Source of the DNA: a virus
Taxonomy: Duplodnaviria; Caudoviricetes
Direction: 5' to 3' (one strand)
Length of the DNA stretch: 64,000 bases
IMG/VR virus record: IMGVR_UViG_3300028886_003672
Coordinates: 2,549 to 66,548 of that record
Of this stretch, positions 54,384 through 63,049 are shown in pieces (position 1 is the stretch's first letter; each line of letters opens with the position of its first letter). The notes beneath the pieces are model-generated. The model ran no database searches. It saw only the letters and a program-made list of their open reading frames with translations, and had not been told where the DNA came from. A program made the translations under genes and the position numbers.

Positions 54384-54893
54384 ATGGGTTCTTCTGTTCA
54401 GGTCCGTCTCCCTTCCTATGGGTATACATATACCTTTACCGGGGTGCTGTCGATTAAACATGAGTATTCGTTGAAGCTCCAGACAGATTCTAATTCTGCT
54501 GGTGGGTCAGACTACATCAACGGCGCCAGAAATCAGCCGGACAAGGTGATCCTGTCCGTCATGGAAACGGATATCGGGCACCAGTCCGGCTGGGCAAACC
54601 GGATGCTGCAGGCGCTGGAAAGCATCAAACGGAACAGGATCCTGTGCACGGTGGTGACATCGGCACTGACGTACACCGGGATGCTGCTGTCCGGCCTCAG
54701 CGTGACGGAGGACGATAAGAATCAGTTCGGATGGCAGGGGATGCTGACTTTTTCTCAGTATAAACCGACAGCCGCCGTGAAGAAAACGAATGATAATTCT
54801 TCCGCGGCTACGCATACAGGTTCCTCCGGGCAGGCGCAGGCGGTGACCGGGGACGTGCTGAAGCAGATGCTGATCCGTGCAGGAGTTGGTTAA
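54384..54893 (+). CDS. baseplate/tube-initiator protein
   Basis: SIKHEYS, G....DHA-like INGARNQP, TYTGMLL; follows the tape measure gene. Confidence 0.65.
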   Translation: MGSSVQVRLPSYGYTYTFTGVLSIKHEYSLKLQTDSNSAGGSDYINGARNQPDKVILSVMETDIGHQSGWANRMLQALESIKRNRILCTVVTSALTYTGMLLSGLSVTEDDKNQFGWQGMLTFSQYKPTAAVKKTNDNSSAATHTGSSGQAQAVTGDVLKQMLIRAGVG

Positions 54894-55253
54894 GTGTATT
54901 ATGTACTGCCTTTGACGGAAGATTCCCGCCAGATTTTTACGCTGGATTTGACGATTGACGGAGATCCGTTTCATGCCCGTGTGGAGATCCGGTACATGCC
55001 AGCGCCGGTCTGTTGGGTGATTTCCATCTGGGATGATTCTTCCGGGGACTTACTGATTAACCAGATCCCGTTGATCTGTTCCTATGGGGAAGTGAATGAT
55101 CTTCTCCGGCCATTCCGGTATATTCGGGATGGGCGGGGAATGGGATCGCTCTTCGTGATCCGGGACACCGATGAACCGTCCACGCCGGATCCGGCAAAAG
55201 GGAATCTGACCGAGTTTAATATTCTGTGGGGAGATACATATGGGGGAACCTGA
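54894..55253 (+). CDS. baseplate plug-like protein (DUF6983-like)
   Basis: YVLPLT....Q.F.L, W...I.D....LI..IPL, F.ILWGD. Confidence 0.65.
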   Translation: MYYVLPLTEDSRQIFTLDLTIDGDPFHARVEIRYMPAPVCWVISIWDDSSGDLLINQIPLICSYGEVNDLLRPFRYIRDGRGMGSLFVIRDTDEPSTPDPAKGNLTEFNILWGDTYGGT

Positions 55254-56004
55254 TCGCCGGCTCACGGTCCTTGCGGACGGTGAGCCTTTTGCTTCAGAAA
55301 ATCGCTTTCGTTTATCCGGAACGATGCGGATCGGATTGTTTCCGTCCCTGTTTATGCTACAGTGCTGGAATCTGTCTGATCCGGACGTATTCCGGCTGCA
55401 GAATACGAAGGAACTATCCGTCATGCGGGATGATTCCTGTTTGGCCTATGGACAGGTGTCGGATGTGTTCTGCCGGACGGTTCCGGAGGGAACGGTCACA
55501 ACGGCAGCTTTCTCCCTTGGACTGGGCTTATGGGAGGCTTCTGTATCCGTATCGGTTCCGGCCGGAGCTACCGTTTCGGAGACCGTGCGCAGGCTGCTTT
55601 CCGCTTCCGGTACCGGGATCCAGTTGCTGTCCTTCCCCGGAACCGACCCTGTCTTTTCCCGGGGGCAGGCCTTCTGCGACCGGGCGGCGGACGCGATTGC
55701 CGCTGTGATGTCTGCTGCATCCGCGCGTGCTTATCTGGTTCCGGCCGGCTTATGCGTGATCCCGGCGGAGCCTCTGCCGGCAACGCTGCACCTGACGGAT
55801 CGGGACCTGACGGACCGTCCCGCTTTTGCGGACGGTGGACGGAAGATGATCCTGTCCACGACGGTGACGGGGTTCCAGCCGGGGGAAGAGATGACCCTGG
55901 CCTGGGAAGGGAAGATGTATTCCGGCCTGATCCTGGAACGGATGGTAGAAGCGGATACGGCGATGGGACCATGGAGTACCCAGATGCTCATCGAATTGCA
56001 TTGA
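55240..56004 (+). CDS. baseplate hub (gp27-like)
   Basis: LQCWNLS, AYGQVSDV; synteny before the spike gene. Confidence 0.6.
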   Translation: MGEPDRRLTVLADGEPFASENRFRLSGTMRIGLFPSLFMLQCWNLSDPDVFRLQNTKELSVMRDDSCLAYGQVSDVFCRTVPEGTVTTAAFSLGLGLWEASVSVSVPAGATVSETVRRLLSASGTGIQLLSFPGTDPVFSRGQAFCDRAADAIAAVMSAASARAYLVPAGLCVIPAEPLPATLHLTDRDLTDRPAFADGGRKMILSTTVTGFQPGEEMTLAWEGKMYSGLILERMVEADTAMGPWSTQMLIELH

Positions 56005-56016
56005 GGAGGTTTTTTG

Positions 56017-56883
56017 ATGTCAGAGGTCATGTATCTTTCTCCGGAAGAACGGGAAGCACTGAAGCAGGAGGTCTTTTCCTCCCTGCACTGCGCCTTACCG
56101 GGCACGGTAGTTTCCTTTGATCCTTCCACCCAGACAGCTGAGATTCAACCGGCTGTAAAGATCGGGTCCCGGATGTTTCCGGTGCTGCCGGATGTGCCGG
56201 TTTTTTTCCCGGGCTCCAGGGAGAACGCGATTACCTGGCTGGTATCCGCCGGGGACGAATGCCTGGTGATCCTGGCGGACGTGGATATCGACGCCTGGTT
56301 TGAAAGCGGTGAAGCCTCTGTGCCACAGTCGGCGCGAAAGCATTCCCTGTCAGATGCGTTTGCCTTTGTGGGCTTCCGCAGCCGGCCGAACTCGCTGGAC
56401 ACGTTCCCGGAACAGGCGTCCCTTTTTCCGCATGATCACGATGACCGGTACTATACGGAAACGGAGACGGATGAAAAACTGGCAAGGAAATCCGATGCGG
56501 ATCATGTTCATGATGCCGGGGATATTACATCCGGTACGCTGCCTGTGGCCCGGGGCGGGACAGGAAATACCGGGACCGGATCGACCACGACGATTCAAAG
56601 TATCGCCACGGCGGCAGCGGACTGCGAGATCACCACGGCGCAGTACGCGTACTGGGGGAAAATGGCTATGGTCCGCCTGGTGGTGAAGAAAACCGGCGCA
56701 GTCACCTCCGGGACAACGACGCTGTGCACCCTGGCTGCGGGGAAACGGCCGAAGTATACGGCGCCGGCACAGTGGCGCTGGAACAACGGCGGGCAGATCA
56801 CGACCGCAGGCGCAGTACAGGTGAACGGCGCAATTCCTGCCAATACGTCTATCACGATATACGCGACGTATATCCTGGCATAA
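56017..56883 (+). CDS. Gp138-family central spike with fused fibre-like C-terminus
   Basis: LHCALPGTVVSFD, LPDVPVFFP, GDECLVILAD.DID.WF, RKHSLSDAFA; then HDHDDRYYTE and SGTLPVARGGTG. Confidence 0.85.
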   Translation: MSEVMYLSPEEREALKQEVFSSLHCALPGTVVSFDPSTQTAEIQPAVKIGSRMFPVLPDVPVFFPGSRENAITWLVSAGDECLVILADVDIDAWFESGEASVPQSARKHSLSDAFAFVGFRSRPNSLDTFPEQASLFPHDHDDRYYTETETDEKLARKSDADHVHDAGDITSGTLPVARGGTGNTGTGSTTTIQSIATAAADCEITTAQYAYWGKMAMVRLVVKKTGAVTSGTTTLCTLAAGKRPKYTAPAQWRWNNGGQITTAGAVQVNGAIPANTSITIYATYILA

Positions 56884-56892
56884 AAGGGAGAA

Positions 56893-56956
56893 GGAACGTC
56901 GGGGACGGTCCTGCGGTTCCGCAGCGGCGGAACGGAGAGAACCGTCCCCTTGTTCC
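56893..56956. repeat. 64-bp REP-like palindromic element, copy 1
   Basis: GGAAC..GGGGACGGT(C)CT...GTTCCGC..GCGGAAC...AGAACCGTCCCC..GTTCC nested inverted repeats. Confidence 0.8.
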
Positions 56957-56978
56957 GGCGACCAGGGAGGTGCACGCT

Positions 56979-57341
56979 ATAACACTTCGTTCTGTGGATT
57001 CATCCGGAGATGTTCTGCCTGTGCTGTCTTCCCGGGATATGATCTCCGGCCCGGAGGCTGCAGCGCAGCTGGTTCAGTACCGGCTGTCCCTGCTGCAGGG
57101 GAAATGGTGGGAATATCCGGAAGATGGGTTTTTCATTCTGGAGGAGATGCGGTCGGGCCGGATCACGGATGCGGACGCGGCTTCGCTGGCTTCCCGGATC
57201 ACTGCTTATATCCGGGAGACGGACAGTGTGCAGGATGTGGAGAATGTAAGGTTTTCAACAGATCGAAGAAGGTTTTCCTATTCCTGCGAAATAAGGACCG
57301 GGGAGGGGAAGAAGGACATTGTATTTTCCGCCGTATATTGA
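56979..57341 (+). CDS. baseplate wedge protein (gp25/W-like), apparent ATA start
   Basis: LRSVDSSGD, RLSLLQGKWW motif; GGGAGG 8 nt before ATA 56979. Confidence 0.65.
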   Translation: MTLRSVDSSGDVLPVLSSRDMISGPEAAAQLVQYRLSLLQGKWWEYPEDGFFILEEMRSGRITDADAASLASRITAYIRETDSVQDVENVRFSTDRRRFSYSCEIRTGEGKKDIVFSAVY

Positions 57342-58224
57342 CGCTTCCGGGATCCATATGCCGACGTATGAGGACCGGCTGCAGGATTTATGCTCCGCCT
57401 ACCGCCTGATCTTTGGCCAGGAAGCGGAACTTACACCGGAGGTGCCGGATTACCAGCTGCTTTCTGTTTTTGCGAAGGCGCTGGACGATACGTCCGCGCT
57501 GGTGCTGCAGGCATACAACAGCCGGAACCCGGCGTATGCCGCCGGCCAGGCGCTGGATCTGCTGCTGCCGCAGTACGGCATTACGCGGCAGGCGGGAGAA
57601 ACAGACGCGGAGGTGAGGAAACGGATGAACGCGGCGACAGCCGCCAGGGGGTCTTTTTCCATGGACGCAATGGAAGCGGCTATCCGGCAGGTGCCGGGGG
57701 TAACGCAGGTCCTGATCCGCGTGAATGAAGAAGATACCGAAGTGGACGGGATCCCGGGGCACACGATCGCGGTCTATGTGAATAACGGCGATCTGGATCT
57801 GATCGCGGACGCCATTTGGAGGAAGAAGCCGCCGGGCATCGGGACGTCCGGAACGAAAAGCCGGACAGTCACGGATGAACGGGGGAATCTTCATACAGTC
57901 CGGCTTTCCAGACCAGTGCCGGTCGGGATCGGCTTCCTGGTTATGCTTCGGAACTATGACGGGTTTGACGAAGCGGCTGTGACAGCAATGATCAAGGAGA
58001 CTCTTTACAATTATACCAATGCGCTGGAAATCGGGGCTTCAATTACTGTTCCGCAGCTGTACGGCCTGATCTACCAGGCGGTAGGTGGTTATGCATCTAC
58101 CTTCGCCATTACGGATCTGGCCTGTACCGGAGCGCATGGCGCGGAACGGGAAAAACTGGTGCCCGAATGGAACACGAAGCTGACGGTGCCGTCCCTGGAT
58201 GATGTGGCGGTGATGGTGGACTGA
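57319..58224 (+). CDS. baseplate J-like protein
   Basis: PYIDASGIHMPTY, PDYQL, A.GQALD, GIPGHTIAVYV, IA.AIW.KKPPG. Confidence 0.88.
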   Translation: MYFPPYIDASGIHMPTYEDRLQDLCSAYRLIFGQEAELTPEVPDYQLLSVFAKALDDTSALVLQAYNSRNPAYAAGQALDLLLPQYGITRQAGETDAEVRKRMNAATAARGSFSMDAMEAAIRQVPGVTQVLIRVNEEDTEVDGIPGHTIAVYVNNGDLDLIADAIWRKKPPGIGTSGTKSRTVTDERGNLHTVRLSRPVPVGIGFLVMLRNYDGFDEAAVTAMIKETLYNYTNALEIGASITVPQLYGLIYQAVGGYASTFAITDLACTGAHGAEREKLVPEWNTKLTVPSLDDVAVMVD

Positions 58225-58649
58225 TGAATCCGGCTGATTATCTTTCCCTGTTTCCTGCATATGCCCGTAATAAGCCTCGGTTCGTCGCGCTCGCGGAAGC
58301 AGTGCTCCGGCAGGTGACAGATCTGATGTCCCTGGTGCCGCAGACGGCATCCGGGTTTTCTTTTGCCTCAGCGGAGGGGAAACAGCTTGATGAACTGGGA
58401 ACGTCCATCGGGTTTATCCGACAGGAAGGCTGGGACGATGAAACCTATCGCAGAGTATTGCTGAAGAAGCTGAAGCTGTTCACCTGGAACGGGACGAACG
58501 AAAGGACTTTTGACTTCGTGGAGGAAAGGGAAACCTTTGTTGATAACGGTGACGGGACGGTGACGGCGCGGACAGACGTGCCGCTGCCGGCCGGAGAAAT
58601 AATGCCTGTGCCGATGGGCATAAAGGTTGTGGAACCGGGGGAGGAGTGA
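58224..58649 (+). CDS. DUF2612-family baseplate wedge protein
   Basis: YLSLFP, AEGKQLDELG..IG, DDETYR.VL..K...WNGT. Confidence 0.8.
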   Translation: MNPADYLSLFPAYARNKPRFVALAEAVLRQVTDLMSLVPQTASGFSFASAEGKQLDELGTSIGFIRQEGWDDETYRRVLLKKLKLFTWNGTNERTFDFVEERETFVDNGDGTVTARTDVPLPAGEIMPVPMGIKVVEPGEE

Positions 58650-58650
58650 C

Positions 58651-58792
58651 GGAACGTCGGGGACGGTTCTGCGGTTCCGCGTTCGCGGAACGGAGAGAAC
58701 CGTCCCCTTGTTCCCGCGCGTTCGCGGAACGGAGAGAACCGTCCCCTTGTTCCCGCGCGTTCGCGGAACGGAGAGAACCGTCCCCTTGTTCC
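58651..58792. repeat. 64-bp REP-like element, copy 2, with its right arm amplified as 3 tandem 39-bp units
   Basis: Unit CGCGTTCGCGGAACGGAGAGAACCGTCCCCTTGTTCCCG at 58678, 58717 and 58756 (last copy 37 bp). Confidence 0.9.
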
Positions 58793-58827
58793 GCTGCTGG
58801 CAGTGACCGGAAAGGAGAAAAGAAATC

Positions 58828-59646
58828 ATGATTGACGGAAAGAAACTGGGAATCGTCGGCTTTGAAAAGCTCGGGACTCCATATACAGAGATGGATTGCC
58901 AGGCGTTCATTGAGTGGTGTCTCTGGCAGTGCGGACTGAAGAAAGACCTGGCCGGGAGTAATGCCTGGTACCGGGAAGTGCTGAAGAACGGTACCATGAT
59001 GACGCCGGAAGAGTGTGTGAAACAGTTAGGGAAGGTTCCTGCGGGTGCCTTCCTTTTCATTCATGCATTCGACGGCGGGGAAGAGAAACGGGGATACCAT
59101 GATGGACTGGGAAATGCCAGCCATATAGGGATCGTCACAGGAAAAGGCGAAGGGGCAATCCATTCGTCCTCCTCCCGGGGGTGCGTGGCGGAGAGCAGCT
59201 TCCGGGGGAAGAGCATCCGCGGCGGATGGAACCGGGTGGGACTGTGGAACCAGGTGAGGTATGAGTATGGGGATGAAGGGGAAGCGGAACGGGGAGAGAA
59301 CCGTATCCGCAATCTCAATCGTCGCGACTCCCCACAGGGGAGCTCGCTCGTTTCGATTGACCTCACCACCGACGAAACTCCCGCCACTGGCGGTCATCAG
59401 TGGTTCGCCCTTTGTTCCGCGTCGTCTTGTTCTGCTGTGCTGCGGAAAGGAGACCGGGGAGAAGCTGTGCGGGAGATGCAGGAAGCGCTGATGAACAGGG
59501 GTTATGACCTGGGCAAATGGGGCGCAGACGGGATCTTCGGGAAGCAGACGCTGAAGGCGGTGAAAGCGTTCCAGAGGGACTGCGGACTGAAGGTTGATGG
59601 CATCTGCGGACCGCTGACATTCGGAAAACTATACGGGGAGGGATGA
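58828..59646 (+). CDS. endolysin: NlpC/P60-like domain plus PG_binding_1, with palindromic insert in the linker
   Basis: DCQAF, GSNAWYR, SHIGIV, IHSSS; LRKGDRGEAVREMQ..L, DGIFG..T..AVKAFQ. Confidence 0.85.
   Translation: MIDGKKLGIVGFEKLGTPYTEMDCQAFIEWCLWQCGLKKDLAGSNAWYREVLKNGTMMTPEECVKQLGKVPAGAFLFIHAFDGGEEKRGYHDGLGNASHIGIVTGKGEGAIHSSSSRGCVAESSFRGKSIRGGWNRVGLWNQVRYEYGDEGEAERGENRIRNLNRRDSPQGSSLVSIDLTTDETPATGGHQWFALCSASSCSAVLRKGDRGEAVREMQEALMNRGYDLGKWGADGIFGKQTLKAVKAFQRDCGLKVDGICGPLTFGKLYGEG
59284..59418. repeat. REP-like right arm split by a 103-bp second palindromic element, inside the lysin ORF
   Basis: GCGGAACGGGGAGAGAACCGT | 59305-59407 | CCCTTTGTTCC. Confidence 0.65.
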
Positions 59647-59870
59647 GAGTGGATTGGGCAACGATCCTGGTTGCGGTGATCACGGCGGGATTCGCGTTCC
59701 TGGGCGTGTACGTGAGCAACCGGAAACAGGCAGCGCTGGTGGCATACCGGCTGGAAAAACTGGAAGCCAAGGTGGACAAGCACAACAGCGTCGTCGAGCG
59801 GATGTACCGGCTGGAAAGCCGGATGGAAGTCATTGAAAAGGTACAGAAAGAAAGGAGCAATGCAAAATGA
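59643..59870 (+). CDS. small membrane protein (holin-like, 1 TM plus coiled coil)
   Basis: TILVAVITAGFAFLGV, YRLEKLEAKVDKHN. Confidence 0.7.
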   Translation: MRVDWATILVAVITAGFAFLGVYVSNRKQAALVAYRLEKLEAKVDKHNSVVERMYRLESRMEVIEKVQKERSNAK

Positions 59871-60082
59871 AAATCAACTGGAAGAACTGGGGTAAGGCGG
59901 CACTGATCCGGGCGGTACGGACCTTTGCGGAGGCGGCGCTGGCGTATATCGGAACGGGAGCAGTGGTGCTGGGCGACGTGAACTGGATGGCGACGCTGAG
60001 CGCGGGCTGCTTCGGGTTCCTGACGGCAATGCTGCTGGCACTGACGGGTTTGCCCGAAGCGGAAGCAGAGGGTGAAAAGTAA
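59867..60082 (+). CDS. holin (r1t-like)
   Basis: KAALIRAVRTFAEAALA, VNW...S, SLLT-like LLALTGLPE. Confidence 0.8.
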   Translation: MKINWKNWGKAALIRAVRTFAEAALAYIGTGAVVLGDVNWMATLSAGCFGFLTAMLLALTGLPEAEAEGEK

Positions 60083-60096
60083 AGCGGGGAAAAGAC

Positions 60097-60441
60097 ATGG
60101 AAGAAGAACAGCTGGACCAGCCGGAAGAAACCGGCGAAGAGGATCTGCCCGAAGCGGAGATGCTGGACGGGCTGGACGAGCTCGCCCGGGAGGAAGGCGG
60201 GGCGGAAGCGATGGACTGCCTGATGGAGGCCTGCGGAGAGCTGGTGCGGGAGATGAGCTCGGAGGAGCGGCGGCAGTACTGCGCGGACATGGAGGCGGCG
60301 AAGACCGAAGCCGGGCGGAAAGCGCTGGGCCGGGCCTTCAACGCGGTGGCGGGCGCGGGACGGAAGCGGGCGCCGGAGGGCCGCGAACTGGGAGAAAGGA
60401 TCATGGCGGAGCGTAGCGCGAACGCGGGCCGGAAAGAATGA
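60097..60441 (+). CDS. stand-alone acidic scaffold-like segment (resembles the C-terminus of DUF2213 head-maturation proteins)
   Basis: Acidic N-terminal half, AMD motif, ends ELGERIMAERSAN; no protease domain. Confidence 0.45.
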   Translation: MEEEQLDQPEETGEEDLPEAEMLDGLDELAREEGGAEAMDCLMEACGELVREMSSEERRQYCADMEAAKTEAGRKALGRAFNAVAGAGRKRAPEGRELGERIMAERSANAGRKE

Positions 60442-60457
60442 AAAAGGACGGATCAGG

Positions 60458-61786
60458 ATGAGGGAAAGGATCACGGGGCTGTTCATCCCGGCGGAGTGCC
60501 TGCCGGGGATGGACGGATACACCAACGCGGCGGCGGGGCTCGGGGAAGCGTCCCCGCTGACCGCCGCGGCGACCTTCGTGCGGAGCGGACTGAGCCGGGA
60601 CACCGAAAAGCTGACGGCGGCGTACCGGGGGAACTACATCGCGAAGCGGATCATCGACGGGCCCAGCGAGGACGCGACGCGGGAATGGTACACGCTGAGC
60701 GTGCCCTCGATGGGCGAGGAGGACCTGCGGCAGCTGAAAAAGCTGGAGGCGAAGCACAGCGTGAAGCAGGAGATCACGGACGCGATCCGGTGGGCCCGGC
60801 TGTACGGAGGGAGCATCGCCATCATGATCACGTACGGGGACCAGGACCGGATGGACACCCGGCTGGATCCGAAGCGCCTGCGGCCGGGATGCTTCATGGG
60901 GCTACTGGTGGTGGACATGACGCAGGAGATCACGCCGAGCCTGGAGATGGAGGACGACCTGGACGACCCGGAATACGGCCTGCCGGAATACTACGAGGTA
61001 TCCGTCGCCGGGAAGCAGGGGGAGAACCGGCGGATGAAGATCCACCATTCGCGGGTGCTGCGCTTCACGGGGCGGGAGCTGCCGCGGGAGGAGATGATCC
61101 GGAACGATTACTGGGGCGCGAGCGAACTGGAGCACGTATGGGACGCGCTGATCCGGCACGACTCCGGCAGCGAGAATACCGCCAGGATGACGTACATGAG
61201 CAACCTGGTGACGCTGAAGATGGGGAGCCTGGGGGCGGACCTGGCGTACGGATCGGACCGGACGAAGGAAAGCGCGATCCGCGCCGTGGAGGAAGAAAAC
61301 CGGCTGCGGAGCAGCTATGGTACGCAGCTGCTGAGCGAGGGGGACTCGATGGAGACCCACCCGTACAACTTCGGCGGGCTGGCGGAGATCCTGGATATCT
61401 TCATGATGGACGTGGCCGGGGCGGCGGAGATGCCGTGCACGAAGATCTTCGGGCGGTCGCCACAGGGGATGAACGCCACGGGACGGTCGGACGAGAAGAA
61501 CTACAGCGACATGGTGGGCCGTCTGCAGGAGCGGATCCTGCGCCCGGCACTGGAAAAGCTGCTGCCGGTGATGGCGGTGAGCTGCTGGGGAATGATCCCG
61601 GAGGACATGGAGATCCGCTTCAATCCCCTGGTGACGATGAGTCCGGGGGAGCGGGCGGAACTGGCCCGGCAGGCGGCAGAGGAGATCCGCATCCTGCTGG
61701 AATGCGGGGTGATCACGGCGGAAGAGGCGCGGGAAAAGATCAAAGCGCCGGAGACCGGCGGAAACGGCTGGGGGACGATCCTGTGA
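60458..61786 (+). CDS. portal protein (DUF1073 family)
   Basis: YRGNYIAKRIID, WARLYGGS, IHHSRVLRF, WGASEL, AGAAEMP.TKIFGRSPQGMNATG.SD..NY. Confidence 0.9.
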   Translation: MRERITGLFIPAECLPGMDGYTNAAAGLGEASPLTAAATFVRSGLSRDTEKLTAAYRGNYIAKRIIDGPSEDATREWYTLSVPSMGEEDLRQLKKLEAKHSVKQEITDAIRWARLYGGSIAIMITYGDQDRMDTRLDPKRLRPGCFMGLLVVDMTQEITPSLEMEDDLDDPEYGLPEYYEVSVAGKQGENRRMKIHHSRVLRFTGRELPREEMIRNDYWGASELEHVWDALIRHDSGSENTARMTYMSNLVTLKMGSLGADLAYGSDRTKESAIRAVEEENRLRSSYGTQLLSEGDSMETHPYNFGGLAEILDIFMMDVAGAAEMPCTKIFGRSPQGMNATGRSDEKNYSDMVGRLQERILRPALEKLLPVMAVSCWGMIPEDMEIRFNPLVTMSPGERAELARQAAEEIRILLECGVITAEEAREKIKAPETGGNGWGTIL

Positions 61787-63033
61787 AAGGGACGGGGAAG
61801 ATCATCCGGTGGTTCCTGGAGCATCCGGACGAGCTGGGGCGGCGGGTCGGATTCAAAGACCTGACGCCGATGCACGGAGAATGGATCCGGGAGATGGTGA
61901 ACGGGAGCGGGGACTACACCCTGCAGGCGCACCGGGGGAGCTACAAAAGCAGCTGCCTGGCGGTGGCGATCGCGATGCTGATCGTGCTGCGGCCGACAAA
62001 GAACATCATCTTTCTGCGGAAGACGGACAACGACGTGGCGGAGATGCTGGGGATGGTCGGAAAGATCCTGAGGCAGGAGATCATGGGCGACCTGGCGGCG
62101 ATGTGCTACGGGCGGCCGCTGATGATCACGGGAGAAAGCGCGAGCCACCTGAGCACGAACCTGTGGCAGAGCCCGATGGGCGCGCCGCAGCTGTTCGGCC
62201 TGGGGATCCGGAGCAGCATCACGGGGAAGCACGCGTGGTACGTGATCACGGACGACATCTGCAACAAGGACGACCGGGAGAGCCGGGCGGAACGGGAGCG
62301 GACGAAGACCCAGTACGACGAGCTGCAGAACATCCGGAACAAGGGCGGGCGGATCATCAACCTGGGGACACCGTGGCACAAGCAGGACGTCTTCACGAAG
62401 ATGCCCAACATCCACCGGTACGACTGCTACACGACGGGACTGATCACAAAGGAGCAGCTGGCGCAGCTGCGGCAGAGCATGGCGCCGAGCCTGTTCGCGG
62501 CGAACTACGAGCTGAAGCACATCGCGAGCACGGAGGTGATCTTCGACACGGCGCCGCGGTTCACGGACGACGCGGGGAAACTGCGGGACGGGCTGGCCCA
62601 CGTGGACGCGGCGTACGGCGGCGGGGACTGCACGGCGTTCACCTGCGGACGGCGGGACCGGGACGGGGAGACGATCTACCTGTACGGCAAGCTGTGGCAC
62701 AAGCCGGTGGACCGGGTGATCGGCGAGATCATCGACGAGAGCCGGCGGCTGATGTGCGAACCGATCAAATGCGAACGGAACGGCGACAGGGGATTCCTGG
62801 AGCGGGAGCTGCGGGAGCGCGGGGCATATGCCAGCGGATACGACGAGCGGATGAACAAGTTCGTCAAGATCGCGACGTACCTGAAGAAATGGTGGCCGAA
62901 GATCGTGTTCCTGGAAGGGACGGATCCGGAATATATCGATCAGATCCTGGACTACACGGAGAACGCGGAACACGACGACGCGCCGGACAGCGCGGCGTGC
63001 GTTTGCAGGATCCTGGAGCGCGGATATCACTGA
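61783..63033 (+). CDS. terL: terminase large subunit
   Basis: AHRGSYKS Walker A-like, VITDDI Walker B, GTPWH, HVDAAYGG and HDDAPD nuclease motifs; GTG start overlaps the portal stop. Confidence 0.85.
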   Translation: MKGTGKIIRWFLEHPDELGRRVGFKDLTPMHGEWIREMVNGSGDYTLQAHRGSYKSSCLAVAIAMLIVLRPTKNIIFLRKTDNDVAEMLGMVGKILRQEIMGDLAAMCYGRPLMITGESASHLSTNLWQSPMGAPQLFGLGIRSSITGKHAWYVITDDICNKDDRESRAERERTKTQYDELQNIRNKGGRIINLGTPWHKQDVFTKMPNIHRYDCYTTGLITKEQLAQLRQSMAPSLFAANYELKHIASTEVIFDTAPRFTDDAGKLRDGLAHVDAAYGGGDCTAFTCGRRDRDGETIYLYGKLWHKPVDRVIGEIIDESRRLMCEPIKCERNGDRGFLERELRERGAYASGYDERMNKFVKIATYLKKWWPKIVFLEGTDPEYIDQILDYTENAEHDDAPDSAACVCRILERGYH

Positions 63034-63049
63034 GAAAGGAGAGCGAGGC

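Noticed and set aside
18267-56883. Diversity-generating retroelement acting on fibre, spike or DUF6273 genes
   Set aside because: No reverse transcriptase and no adenine-variant repeat pair seen in the window.
56724-56978. 5' extension of the wedge ORF as called in the track
   Set aside because: It overlaps the spike gene and runs through the REP-like element; family-like sequence starts near 56979.
44037-58649. Canonical eCIS (Afp/PVC) or T6SS, with the AAA ATPase as an Afp15 equivalent
   Set aside because: The ATPase is AT-richer and cut off by a strong terminator; sheath, tube and baseplate are DUF3383/Gp138/DUF2612 phage types; lysis and packaging genes are present and no toxin cargo is evident.
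58651-58792. Possible CRISPR array (39-bp repeats)
   Set aside because: Units are head-to-tail with no spacers and no cas genes are present; they are amplified arms of a palindromic element.
58646-58831. 61-aa ORF with AFAERREPSPCSR repeats
   Set aside because: It is simply the translation of the 39-bp tandem repeat; no evidence of a real gene.
60496-63033. 845-aa ORF as a giant terminase
   Set aside because: The first ~430 codons overlap the portal gene in another frame and are low-complexity G/R/A; terminase motifs begin only after GTG 61783.
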